From an uncultured Methanosarcinales archaeon (lineage in GTDB: Archaea; Nanobdellota; Nanobdellia; Woesearchaeales; UBA12501), in NCBI GenBank assembly GCA_964397315.1, contig CAYNHV010000006.1, forward strand, positions 1-48,671: 48,671 nucleotides of DNA. Reading direction: 5' to 3'. The position numbers and the translations under genes were made by a program. This document shows, one piece after another, positions 27,799 through 36,644 of the stretch. The notes under the pieces were generated by a model. That model did not search any database. It saw nothing but the letters and a program-made list of their open reading frames with translations, and had not been told where the DNA came from. Every line of letters begins with the position of its first letter. Within the stretch, counting starts at the first letter, position 1.

Positions 27799-29856
27799 AT
27801 GAGAGGTGTCAAGAAAGCAAAAGGCATAATCGCTGCCATACTCATTACAGCTGTCCTGTCCTGCCAGGCAGTTCTTGCCTCACCGCTTGACACTATATTA
27901 AGCCCCTTCTCCAGGGTTGACATTGCTTCCTTGTACAGCAGTTACGGCTTTGTCATAGACAGTTTCATATATTTCCTGATTCTTTTGGGCGCTGCTGAGA
28001 TAGGCTTGAGCAAGTCTTTCAAGGGAAAGGGAGGCAGAGCAATCATAGTGGGAGTTGGTATTGCGCTCGCTCTCTCAGCATGTGTCTGGGAAGCTTACAG
28101 CGGGTTCAGGCTTGCCAACCTGTGGCCCCTTGCGCTTGCAATAGTGCTTCTCACATTTGGCATTGCATTCTACAACATCATAAAGGGCGGGCCATGCAGC
28201 AGGGCAACAGGCATGCTCTCTTTTGCATTCCTGTTCTTCTTTTTCCAGAGCCTCATTCCAGGGATTGATGACTGGTTCACCGCCTCAGGCAGCGAGTGGC
28301 TGGAGATGGCATGGTCTCTGCTCAATCTTGCAGCAGTAGTGTTCATGGTGTGGGGCATCATAGACCTGATATTATGCATAGCCAGGGGAGGGGGAAGCTC
28401 AGGAGGTGGAGGAGGGACAGGGCCTGCAGGACCAAGAGGGCCGGGAGGACCGCAAGGGCCAAGAGGGCCGCAAGCCCCCCAGGAGTCAAGAGGGCCGCAG
28501 CCATCACAGCAGAGACAGACTCAAACTCAGGAGCCTACAACAGAGACAGGCACAGAAGGAGGGGAGGGTGAGGGAGTAGTAGTGGAGATTCTCCAACCGC
28601 CCAGAAATGCGCCTGACGAGAGCGCTGTTATTCTAGCAGGCAGCACAGAGCCATTTCAAATAAGCGGCAGAATAACAGGCCCTAATGAAAGTTATGACTA
28701 CATATTTGGATTTTACAACAATAATACTGGAAGTCTTATTCCTCTGATGAGGTCATTCTCTAGCGTAGCATCCGGAAGTATAAAAGAGCAGTCTTTTGAT
28801 TTCACATCATTGCCTCCTGGAAACTATATAATCGCGTTATTCGCCAGAATACCTTCAGATGAGAATCTTAATCCTCCAGCACATATAACTAGAATTCCTG
28901 AAGAGTTAGCATTGGGTTATGATCTACGGAAGATTGCGGTAATAGTTGGAGAAGGAGAAATAACAGTGGAAATAACACAGCCCCCTTATGATGCACCTAA
29001 TAGAGGAGCAGTAAAAGCAGTGGGGGACACCACACCCTTAAACATAAAAGGGAAAATAAGCGGACCTGCAGCCAGTTATGATTACATCTTTGGAATATAT
29101 GACATCCACGGCAAACTTAAAATCAAACTGGGTTCATATAATGCACCACAAGGGACAGAGGTGGAAGGTAATCTGAATACCTCAGACTGCAATTTTATTG
29201 ATGACACAGAAACTGAAAGAAGAGGGCAGCTTCCTCCAGAGGATTATACCATCTTTCTTTTTGCCCAGCTCGGAGGGACGGGTCCGAGAGAGCCTCCTTT
29301 CCGCTTGAATGATGTGCCTCCTTCAATGAGCATCACGCATCCCGGAAAGAGGAAAATTAAGGTTGACAGCAGACCTCCTGGTAATGCAGAAGAAGAGAGG
29401 CACAGGAGCGAAGAAGAGGGAACAGGGATTCATGATATCAGCGACGCATTAAAGGGTAGTATAGATAACACAGAAGAGATAATCAAAAAACTGAAAGACC
29501 ACAAGGAATCACAAGAAAAGTTCAAAGAATTACTCAATAGATTAAAAGTAATGGAACAAAGATACAATGAGCTACTTAAATTAGTCGAAAAAAAGAGACC
29601 AGCAGGAGAAGGAAACAATATTTTGGATAAAATCTTAAAAGATTGTCAAATTATTGAAGGTCATAAGCAGCTTATCAATAACACTAAAGAAAAGATAGAA
29701 AAAGAAAAGAACTCCAAAGAATTTCTTAAAAATAGGTTGGGGGAAATCAATGAGTTTGAAGATGTTAAGGATAATATAAAGATAATTGAAAATGCTGTTG
29801 ATAAAGATATCCCGCGCCTAAAAAAGAAGATAACGCAGAGAAAAAGGAAACAGTAA
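27799..29856 (+). CDS. Large membrane protein with collagen-like GPx repeats, two ~128-aa repeats and a coiled-coil tail
   Basis: Signal plus about 5 TM helices; GPAGPRGPGGPQGPRGPQ; duplicated VEI.QPP..AP...SYDYIFG.Y...LPP..Y.I.LFA; K/E-rich C terminus. Confidence 0.7.
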   Translation: MRGVKKAKGIIAAILITAVLSCQAVLASPLDTILSPFSRVDIASLYSSYGFVIDSFIYFLILLGAAEIGLSKSFKGKGGRAIIVGVGIALALSACVWEAYSGFRLANLWPLALAIVLLTFGIAFYNIIKGGPCSRATGMLSFAFLFFFFQSLIPGIDDWFTASGSEWLEMAWSLLNLAAVVFMVWGIIDLILCIARGGGSSGGGGGTGPAGPRGPGGPQGPRGPQAPQESRGPQPSQQRQTQTQEPTTETGTEGGEGEGVVVEILQPPRNAPDESAVILAGSTEPFQISGRITGPNESYDYIFGFYNNNTGSLIPLMRSFSSVASGSIKEQSFDFTSLPPGNYIIALFARIPSDENLNPPAHITRIPEELALGYDLRKIAVIVGEGEITVEITQPPYDAPNRGAVKAVGDTTPLNIKGKISGPAASYDYIFGIYDIHGKLKIKLGSYNAPQGTEVEGNLNTSDCNFIDDTETERRGQLPPEDYTIFLFAQLGGTGPREPPFRLNDVPPSMSITHPGKRKIKVDSRPPGNAEEERHRSEEEGTGIHDISDALKGSIDNTEEIIKKLKDHKESQEKFKELLNRLKVMEQRYNELLKLVEKKRPAGEGNNILDKILKDCQIIEGHKQLINNTKEKIEKEKNSKEFLKNRLGEINEFEDVKDNIKIIENAVDKDIPRLKKKITQRKRKQ

Positions 29857-29892
29857 AGATATTCTTCATACCCATAACCCCCTGTAGATTGA

Positions 29893-30004
29893 TGGGGTTG
29901 GGAGGATTTGAACCCCCGATCACCACCGTTGCAGATGCCGGGCCTTAAAATCTCTTGCCAGGCATTCCCCGGGGTGGTATCATACCAAACTAGACCACAA
30001 CCCC
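29893..30004 (-). tRNA. tRNA-Pro(GGG) with a 37/38 intron (about 29929-29966)
   Basis: Acceptor GGGGTTG/CAACCCC plus A73, anticodon stem CCACC/GGTGG, T arm GGGGG-TTCAAAT-CCTCC; intron helix ATGCC/GGCAT. Confidence 0.8.
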
Positions 30005-30085
30005 TTTGAAAACATGAGTATCAGTGAATCATTTAAAAATTTACTGTTCTACTGCACCCAGAACACTTAACAAGCGTAGGAGTGT

Positions 30086-30400
30086 TTAACTTATCCTCTT
30101 TGCGTGGATGTAATATCCGAGAAGGGTGTCCTTCATGAGAGTCCCCTTGACTTTGACCTTGCTTCCCTCTGCAGGCAGGGCCTCGCTCTTGACAGCTATC
30201 ATGCCTGTCTCGTCCTTGAGCGTGAAGCCTGAGACAGGCCCCAGCTTCAGGGTTTTCTCCACGCTGCCTTTTATTGTGACATCCTCTCCCACGTACTCCT
30301 GGCTCTTTACCCTGCTGATGTCCTTTGCGCAGCCTGAAGCAAGCACGAGTGCCAGAGCAAGGGCAATCATAAGCGCTTTTTTCCCTTTCATTTTTATCAT
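30086..30400 (-). CDS. Small lipoprotein with an OB-fold-like domain
   Basis: Lipobox LASGC; V.I.G.V, LKDETG.I.V, V.VKG pattern. Confidence 0.7.
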   Translation of the reverse strand: MIKMKGKKALMIALALALVLASGCAKDISRVKSQEYVGEDVTIKGSVEKTLKLGPVSGFTLKDETGMIAVKSEALPAEGSKVKVKGTLMKDTLLGYYIHAKRIS

Positions 30401-30433
30401 TATGTGCTGCCTCTTATTTTAATATTTTGTTTT

Positions 30434-32503
30434 TCATGCGCTGACCCTGCTCACGTGGCCGCTCTTCTCCACCTTTAGTATGCTGTCAACGAACCCTTCC
30501 ACTTTCGGCTCGTGGCTGACTATTATGACCTGTTCCATGTCAAGCTGCTCAATGACCTCCCTCACCTTGTCAAGCTGCTCTGAAGAGAAGCCGTCAGTCG
30601 GCTCGTCAAGTATTATGACATCCTTTGTCATTATGGTGCCCACCACGTCGTTTATTGCCTTGTTCAGGGACAGCCTGTAAGCGAGAGCTGTGGCTGTCTT
30701 CTCGCCTCCGCTCAGATGCTCCACTGATGTCTCGTAGCCGTCCTGCTGCACTATGGGTGTGAAGTCATGGTCAAGGCTGACTGATATTGTCTCGTCCTCA
30801 ATCATTGTCCTGAACCACTGCTGGAAGAACCCGTCAAACTCGCGGTGTATCCTTGCCATCACGTTCCGCTCTATATCCACCATGAGGTTGATGAATGATG
30901 ATTCTATCCACTCCTGAAGCTCCTTCAGCTCCCCTATCCTCTTTTTGGACTTTTCTTTCCCTGCTATCTCCTTCTCCAGGGAATCTATTGTTTTTCTTAT
31001 GCCTTCTGCATCTTTCTCCAGCGAGACTTTTTTGAGCTCCAGCTCCCTCTCCTTCTCCCTCGCCTGGTCAAAAAGCTTCTTGTTCTCCTGGTATTTCTTT
31101 TCGCTCTCAGAGAGTTCCTTTATCCTGCTGTTAAGATCCAGGTTCTTCTGGTTGAGCGATGCTATCTCCCTCTTTATGCTTTCCTGCATCTCATTAAGGC
31201 TCTTTATCCTCTCTGATTTTTCCCTGAGCAGCTTTTGGTTGTACTCTGCCTGCATTTTCATCCGCTCATACTTCTTCTCCTGCTCTGCGAGCCTGTCAAT
31301 CTCCTCCTTTGCTTTCTTCAGCGTCTCCTGCTTTTCAGCCGCTTCTTTCTTCAGCCTGGCTGCCTCCTCCTCTGCTTTCCTCTCTGATTCTTTTTCCCTT
31401 GAGATGACTTTTTCCCTGTAATCCTCAGGCACCTCCTGCAGGCAGGTGGGGCAGGTGCTGAGCTCTGATATCTTTCCGATAACTTCAGCAGAGTTTTTTT
31501 TCCTGATTTCAAGCTCACCTGCCCTGAGATGCAGGTCATTCACGCTTTTCTCAAGCCCCTCCTTCTCTTTCTCAAGAGATTCCCTGCGCTGAAGATCCGG
31601 CTTCACGATTTTTTCCCCTGCCAGGGGGCTTTCAAGTTCCTTTACCTGCTTCTTCAAGCTGTCCAACTCTTTGCTATTGCTGTTATAGGCCTCTGATTTC
31701 TCTTTTATCCTGGAATTGTTGAGATTAAGCTCGCTCTTGAGCTCTGACAGCTGTCTTGCCTCTTTTTCCGCTGCCTCAACCTCCTCCCTGAGCCTGCTGC
31801 TCTGCTCCCGAGCCTTCTGGAACAGGGGAAGAATCTTCCTTGCCTCACCTTCTGACCTGAACAGCTCCTCTTTCTTTTCAGAAAGAGAGGATTTTTTTTC
31901 CTCAAGGTCATGGATTGTTCCTGCAAGCTCTCTGGCCTTGAGCTTTATCTGCCTGGTTATTATGGAGGCATTCTCTGTTATCCTGCTGTACTTGTCAATG
32001 CCGAATACTTTCCTGAGCGTGTTCAGCCTTTCGCTCTTGTCGTCAAAGAGTATCTGCTTCATCTGCTCCTGGGGGGTGTAGACAGTATACCTGAACAGGA
32101 GGGATTTTGATTTTGAGACGAGCTCTTTGGGATATCCGAGCAGGCTGAGAGTTCTTGTCTTCAGCTCCACTGCAGTCAGGTCCTTCCTGACACCGTTTAT
32201 GATCATGTGGCCTGTGTCCTGCTGGACACTGGAGCCTTTCCTTTTTAGCGACCTTCTTATGATTATCTCCTTTCCTCTGAGTTTCAGGCCAAGCTCAACA
32301 GAGCCCTCGTTCTTGCCGTGGCGGAGGAGGCTTTCGCCCCTAAGGTCGCTTCTCAGGCCGAAAAGCGCGAATTCTGCTGCAAGAAGTATTGTTGACTTTC
32401 CAGAGCCTATGTCTCCTGAAAGCATCAGAGAGCCCTCTGGAAATTTTATGTGCTCGCTTGCATAGCTTCTTATGTTCTCCAGTTTCAGGCTTCTGAGAAT
32501 CAT
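30434..32503 (-). CDS. rad50: Rad50/SbcC-like SMC ATPase
   Basis: Walker A GDIGSGKST, coiled coil with CPTC zinc hook, LSGGE, ILDEPT, VSH; start MILRSLKLENIRSY. Confidence 0.88.
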   Translation of the reverse strand: MILRSLKLENIRSYASEHIKFPEGSLMLSGDIGSGKSTILLAAEFALFGLRSDLRGESLLRHGKNEGSVELGLKLRGKEIIIRRSLKRKGSSVQQDTGHMIINGVRKDLTAVELKTRTLSLLGYPKELVSKSKSLLFRYTVYTPQEQMKQILFDDKSERLNTLRKVFGIDKYSRITENASIITRQIKLKARELAGTIHDLEEKKSSLSEKKEELFRSEGEARKILPLFQKAREQSSRLREEVEAAEKEARQLSELKSELNLNNSRIKEKSEAYNSNSKELDSLKKQVKELESPLAGEKIVKPDLQRRESLEKEKEGLEKSVNDLHLRAGELEIRKKNSAEVIGKISELSTCPTCLQEVPEDYREKVISREKESERKAEEEAARLKKEAAEKQETLKKAKEEIDRLAEQEKKYERMKMQAEYNQKLLREKSERIKSLNEMQESIKREIASLNQKNLDLNSRIKELSESEKKYQENKKLFDQAREKERELELKKVSLEKDAEGIRKTIDSLEKEIAGKEKSKKRIGELKELQEWIESSFINLMVDIERNVMARIHREFDGFFQQWFRTMIEDETISVSLDHDFTPIVQQDGYETSVEHLSGGEKTATALAYRLSLNKAINDVVGTIMTKDVIILDEPTDGFSSEQLDKVREVIEQLDMEQVIIVSHEPKVEGFVDSILKVEKSGHVSRVSA

Positions 32504-32610
32504 TTTCCCCCTTGAGCTTGCGTTAGGGGGCGAGAATATATAAAGATTTTGAAGTTCAGGCAGGGCATGAGAATTCAGGCCAGAATACAGCTTAACAGCA
32601 TTGCAGCAGC

Positions 32611-33477
32611 TCACCCTGATTTTGCAGGGCTGACAAGAAGCGCAGCCCCTATTATGCCGTAATCCCCTGTGCTGAATGCCTTCACAGGAGTCCTGCTGCT
32701 CCTGCTGAAGATGAGGTTTTCCTTCATCGCCTTTCTCATGGAGGCGCTAAAGAGAGGGTACGAGTTTGAGAGTCCGCCTCCAAGCACCACTATGCCGGGG
32801 TTGACAACGCATATTATGTTGGATATCAGCAGCCCCACGTGCTTTCCGAATTCATTGTATATCCTCTTTGCCTTCTGGTTGCCTTTTTCAGCAAGCTCAG
32901 CCACGTCCTTTGGATGAGAGCCTCTCATGCCGTTCTTCTCAGCCATTCTTTTTATGAACCTTCCTGAGCAGAACATCTCAAAATGGCTGTCAAGATATGG
33001 CATCATGCCCACCTCCCCTGCAAGCATGTCAGCTCCCCCCATGATTTTCCTGTCTATCACAATGCCCCCCCCTGTTCCTGTACCGAGTATCAGGCCGAAC
33101 ACAACGCTCTTGTTTTTCCCATGGCCCCGGACTGCCTCCTCAAGCGCGAAGCAGTTCGCGTCATTGTTCACTTCAACTCTTGTCCTGAATCTTTTTTCTA
33201 TCATGCTCTTGAGGCTGATGTCATTCACGCAGGGTATGTTGGGTGACTCAAGCCACCTTCCTTTCTTGTCAACAGCTCCTGCTGCCCCTATGCCTATGCC
33301 TTTCACCTCTGCTGTATAGAACTGGCTTACAGCGCTTATGACAGAATCCACAAGCTCTTTTCTTCTTGCAGGAGTCTCGAGCGTTGTCTTCCTCAGCACC
33401 CTGCCTCCCCTGATCACACCGGCAGCTATCTTTGACCCTCCTATGTCAACGCCTATGTAAGAGCTCATAACAGACAT
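32611..33477 (-). CDS. ROK family sugar kinase (glucokinase-like)
   Basis: IGVDIGGSK, NNDANCFAL.E, LGTG.GGGI, AGEVG, VLGGG. Confidence 0.92.
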   Translation of the reverse strand: MSVMSSYIGVDIGGSKIAAGVIRGGRVLRKTTLETPARRKELVDSVISAVSQFYTAEVKGIGIGAAGAVDKKGRWLESPNIPCVNDISLKSMIEKRFRTRVEVNNDANCFALEEAVRGHGKNKSVVFGLILGTGTGGGIVIDRKIMGGADMLAGEVGMMPYLDSHFEMFCSGRFIKRMAEKNGMRGSHPKDVAELAEKGNQKAKRIYNEFGKHVGLLISNIICVVNPGIVVLGGGLSNSYPLFSASMRKAMKENLIFSRSSRTPVKAFSTGDYGIIGAALLVSPAKSG

Positions 33478-33491
33478 CCACCAATGGCCTT

Positions 33492-34490
33492 TCAGCTTAT
33501 GTAGCTTCCGAGCTTTTTCTTCAGCCCCTCAACCATCTCCACAGGTGTGGGATCTGTGCCGTAAGCTATTGCAAGGTAATACCCCACATACATTCCCATG
33601 AGTATGGCAGAGAAAATCCTTGCAAGGAAGTTCGGCCCTGTCAGCCTGAGCATTAGAACAGGGCATTCCTTCTCCTGCAGGAGCTCCTTGGTTATCCTCA
33701 TCCTCTTCTTTATCCTCTCATGATCATCAATGTCCTCTATGAATACGGCGTAGAACTCCGCCTTCTGGTTTATGAAGCCGTTCATGTCATTATGGTTCAT
33801 CTCAGGAAACACATTGAAGAATGCCTGCGCCTTTGCATTCTCGTTTATCGCGGCCTTCCACAGCCTTGCAACAGCTGACATCCTCTCTGAGGTGTAGATG
33901 AGAGGTATCTTGTCAACAAGCCTCTGGGCCACTCCCTCTGCGCTCTCCTTCACATCCTTCCTGAGCACTTTGGCAATCTCCTGCATCTCCTCCCTCTTCT
34001 TTTCTGATATTATTCTTGAGTTTATCAGCACATTGAGTATGGGCATTGTCTGGTAGCCGGTGGCTGCTCTCGGCTGTATTCCCTTGGGAACCTCAATGAA
34101 GGGCGTGCTTGTGTTCCTGCACTTTTCCTTGAGCTTGCCGTCTGATGAGATGCACACTATTTTAGCGCCTTTTCCCTTTGCAGACTTCAGGCATGACAGG
34201 GCCTCTTCTGTGTTGCCTGAGTAGGATACCACAAACACGAGCGTCTTGCCGCCGGCCCATGAGGGAACCTTGTAGTTTCTCACGACCTCAACAGGAACAT
34301 TAACCTGTATGTACTCCTTTACGATCTCCCCTGGAAATGAGGAGCCCCCCATGCCGCACAGCACTATGCCGTCCACAGGCCTTTCTACCCTCACGCTGAT
34401 GCCGAGCTTCAGGGCATCCTCCACCTGCTTCCAGAAGTTATCAAGGACAGAAATCATGTTTTCCTTGTCTATATCATCTATGTCAGGCAT
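33492..34490 (-). CDS. Bifunctional phosphoglucose/phosphomannose isomerase
   Basis: GMGGS, SYSGNTEE, QPRAA, NENAK, PEMNHN, DPTPV; ATG 34490 after AGGTGA. Confidence 0.93.
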   Translation of the reverse strand: MPDIDDIDKENMISVLDNFWKQVEDALKLGISVRVERPVDGIVLCGMGGSSFPGEIVKEYIQVNVPVEVVRNYKVPSWAGGKTLVFVVSYSGNTEEALSCLKSAKGKGAKIVCISSDGKLKEKCRNTSTPFIEVPKGIQPRAATGYQTMPILNVLINSRIISEKKREEMQEIAKVLRKDVKESAEGVAQRLVDKIPLIYTSERMSAVARLWKAAINENAKAQAFFNVFPEMNHNDMNGFINQKAEFYAVFIEDIDDHERIKKRMRITKELLQEKECPVLMLRLTGPNFLARIFSAILMGMYVGYYLAIAYGTDPTPVEMVEGLKKKLGSYIS

Positions 34491-34601
34491 TAGCTCACCT
34501 CTGACAATGTTTAATATATTAGAATATTTAAAGTTTTGTGATTTAGCGTCTGTATGGATGTGGAAAAGATTTATAAAGAGGGGATTTTCTCCCTTCAAGA
34601 G

Positions 34602-34638
34602 GCATGGAAATGTAGGCTTAGCTCGCCTGAATCCCTGC
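34602..34638 (+). promoter_or_regulatory. Candidate eL15 5'-leader RNA structure
   Basis: In the ~65-nt 5' UTR after TTTATAAA (34570-34577): stems GCATGGA/TCCCTGC and AGGC/GCCT with an AATGT/GAA internal loop. Confidence 0.45.
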
Positions 34639-34664
34639 TGTATAATAATAATGGAGGCTGTAAG

Positions 34665-35255
34665 ATGGGATACCAGAAGTACGTGAGAGAGGCCTGGAAA
34701 AGGCCTAAGAACAACAAGGATCTTTGGATGGAGAGGCTTATTTCTTGGAGGAAAGGCCCCTCAACAGTTAGGATTGAAAGGCCGACCAGGATTGACAGGG
34801 CAAGGTCTCTGGGGTACAGGGCAAAGCAGGGCTATGTTGTGGTCAGGCAGCGCGTGCCCAGAGGAGGTCATGTAAGGCCCGGGCAGCACAAGGGAAGAAG
34901 GCCCAGGACGCAGAGGAGGTACCTCGCTCTTGACTTGAACTATCAGCTGATTGCAGAACAGAGGGCGGCAAAACAGTTCCCTAACTGCGAAGTGCTTAAC
35001 TCTTATTTTACTGCAAAGGACGGCACCTATTACTGGTATGAAGTCCTGCTTGTTGACAAGGCCAGCCCCTCAGTAAAGGCTGACAAGAGGACAAAGTGGA
35101 TCAATGACAAGCAGCACAGGAGAAGGGTGACAAGAGGTCTTACATCAGCAGGAAAGAAATCAAGGGGCCTCAGGAGCAAGGGAAAAGGCGCTGAAAAGCT
35201 GAGGCCGAGCAGGGCAGCTGTTTTCAGGAAGAAGATTAAGAAGCCAAGGAAATGA
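34665..35255 (+). CDS. rpl15e: 50S ribosomal protein L15e
   Basis: RIERPTRIDRARSLGYRAKQG, EVLNSY, RGLTSAGKKSRGL; ATG 34665 after GGAGG. Confidence 0.97.
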   Translation: MGYQKYVREAWKRPKNNKDLWMERLISWRKGPSTVRIERPTRIDRARSLGYRAKQGYVVVRQRVPRGGHVRPGQHKGRRPRTQRRYLALDLNYQLIAEQRAAKQFPNCEVLNSYFTAKDGTYYWYEVLLVDKASPSVKADKRTKWINDKQHRRRVTRGLTSAGKKSRGLRSKGKGAEKLRPSRAAVFRKKIKKPRK

Positions 35256-35276
35256 AGCTGCAGAAGGCTTTCATGT

Positions 35277-35432
35277 TGTTTACAAATCCAGGTTCCACCC
35301 TCCCTTAGATTTGTTTATTATTATGATTCCTGATGCTTCCCTGGGAATATTGAGTTTATGATTGTTATTCCTGGTATTCCCGCTATTTAGAGAATTTGCT
35401 TGTGTTTATAATTCCAGGTTCCACCCACCCTT
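35277..35432. repeat. Imperfect 30-bp direct repeat (126-bp period)
   Basis: 35277-35306 vs 35403-35432, 27/30 identical (core TCCAGGTTCCACCC). Confidence 0.8.
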
Positions 35433-35451
35433 TCTGCACCACTGCTCAGCA

Positions 35452-35638
35452 GGCTTATTGCTTCTGAAACTGCACAACTCCCCTCTCCTGCTTCCAATAA
35501 GCCCACCCCATGATATGCTTAAAGCGCTCTGTGGGTTGGTGCGCTCAGCATATGTGAGGGGGATGGGTGGCGGGAAAAATCAGTTTGTAACCGCGACCAG
35601 GGCGGTGGCAACATCTGGAGGGATTACTCCCTTTTTTT
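35452..35638. repeat. Dispersed structured non-coding element, copy 2 (candidate ncRNA or non-autonomous element)
   Basis: Similar to 1-170; stems GGCTTATTG/CAATAAGCC and ATATGCT..AGCGC/GCGCT.AGCATAT; ends in hairpin GGGATTACTCCC plus T7. Confidence 0.75.
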
Positions 35639-35804
35639 ACAATGAGCAGTACCTTAACTCATAAACAAGGGGAGGCAATGTCAGGAGGATTGCTGTTTGT
35701 GAAAGGGCATTTTGGCGCTCTCAGGGCATATGCTATAACACCTATTCACCACCCAAAAATTTAAATAACATCGGCTCTGAAGCTGATTCTGGAGGATTGA
35801 TATA

Positions 35805-36236
35805 ATGTCTGAAGTCAAAAAAGGCAGCAAAATAAAGGTTGAGTATACAGGAAAGCTGGATGACGGAACTGTTTTTGACACCTCTGAAGGGAAAGAGCCT
35901 CTTGAGTTTGAGGTTGGCGCCGGCCAGGTCATTCCAGGATTTGAGACAAAGATCATGGGCATGAAGGAAGGCGAGGAGAAAGACATCAAGATTGAGGCAA
36001 AGGATGCCTATGGGGAAAGGAATGAGGACATGGTCCAGGCAGTTCCAAAGGAGAAGATTGATGTCGGCCAGGAGGTCAAGGAAGGGATGACCCTGGGAGT
36101 GCAGGCTCCTAACGGCCAGAAGGTTCCTGTGAAGGTGACAAAGGTGGATGACAAGAATGTCTACCTGGACATGAACCATCCCCTCGCAGGAAAAGACCTC
36201 AGCTTCAAGGTCAAGATAGTCGGTGTTGAAGGCTGA
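35805..36236 (+). CDS. slyD: FKBP-type peptidyl-prolyl isomerase (SlyD-like)
   Basis: YTGKLDDGTVFDTS, G.GQVIPGFE, AYGE, DMNHPLAGKDL.F. Confidence 0.95.
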   Translation: MSEVKKGSKIKVEYTGKLDDGTVFDTSEGKEPLEFEVGAGQVIPGFETKIMGMKEGEEKDIKIEAKDAYGERNEDMVQAVPKEKIDVGQEVKEGMTLGVQAPNGQKVPVKVTKVDDKNVYLDMNHPLAGKDLSFKVKIVGVEG

Positions 36237-36333
36237 AATTATTTTTGTTTTTGCTTCTATTGCATTCTTCCCTCGCGGATTTGCTGTTTTTTCACAGCAA
36301 AATTTTTAAACCTGCGCGCCTTATATAGCAGGC

Positions 36334-36489
36334 ATGGCAAGGTTCAGGTGCAGGCAGTGCAATTACATATTTAAGCCGAAGGTAAAGGGAAGGATTCCTG
36401 AGAGATGCCCCTACTGCTCTGAGTTTCACACTCTGATGGAAGAAAAGTCAATACTCAACAGCCTTGACATTGACGAGACACTGGACTGA
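36334..36489 (+). CDS. Zinc-ribbon microprotein (51 aa, CRQC...CPYC)
   Basis: Hand-translated MARFRCRQCNYIF...PERCPYCS...; TTTTTAAA about 25 nt upstream. Confidence 0.75.
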   Translation: MARFRCRQCNYIFKPKVKGRIPERCPYCSEFHTLMEEKSILNSLDIDETLD

Positions 36490-36571
36490 TGAGTGTTCTG
36501 CAGTATATGTTTTCAATAGTAGTGTTAGCCCCACAATAATTCTTTTAAAACAATCGCCGGCACCCTAAAAA

Positions 36572-36625
36572 TGTCAGGAATGCCTGGCATTCCTAAGCAT
36601 GCTCAAGAACATTCGATTTTTGACA
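36572..36625. repeat. Compound palindromic (REP-like) element
   Basis: Outer TGTCA/TGACA, hairpin AGGAATGCC-T-GGCATTCCT, central AGCATGCT, second imperfect hairpin. Confidence 0.55.
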
Positions 36626-36644
36626 GACAGCAGGCCAGGGCGAG

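Noticed and set aside
29928..29934. Reading the tRNA at 29893-30004 as tRNA-Cys(GCA)
   Set aside because: No bulge-helix-bulge for a 31/32 or 32/33 intron; the discriminator is A, not the U73 of tRNA-Cys
35277..35432. Possible CRISPR mini-array
   Set aside because: Only two imperfect repeats, a 96-bp spacer and no cas genes in the window
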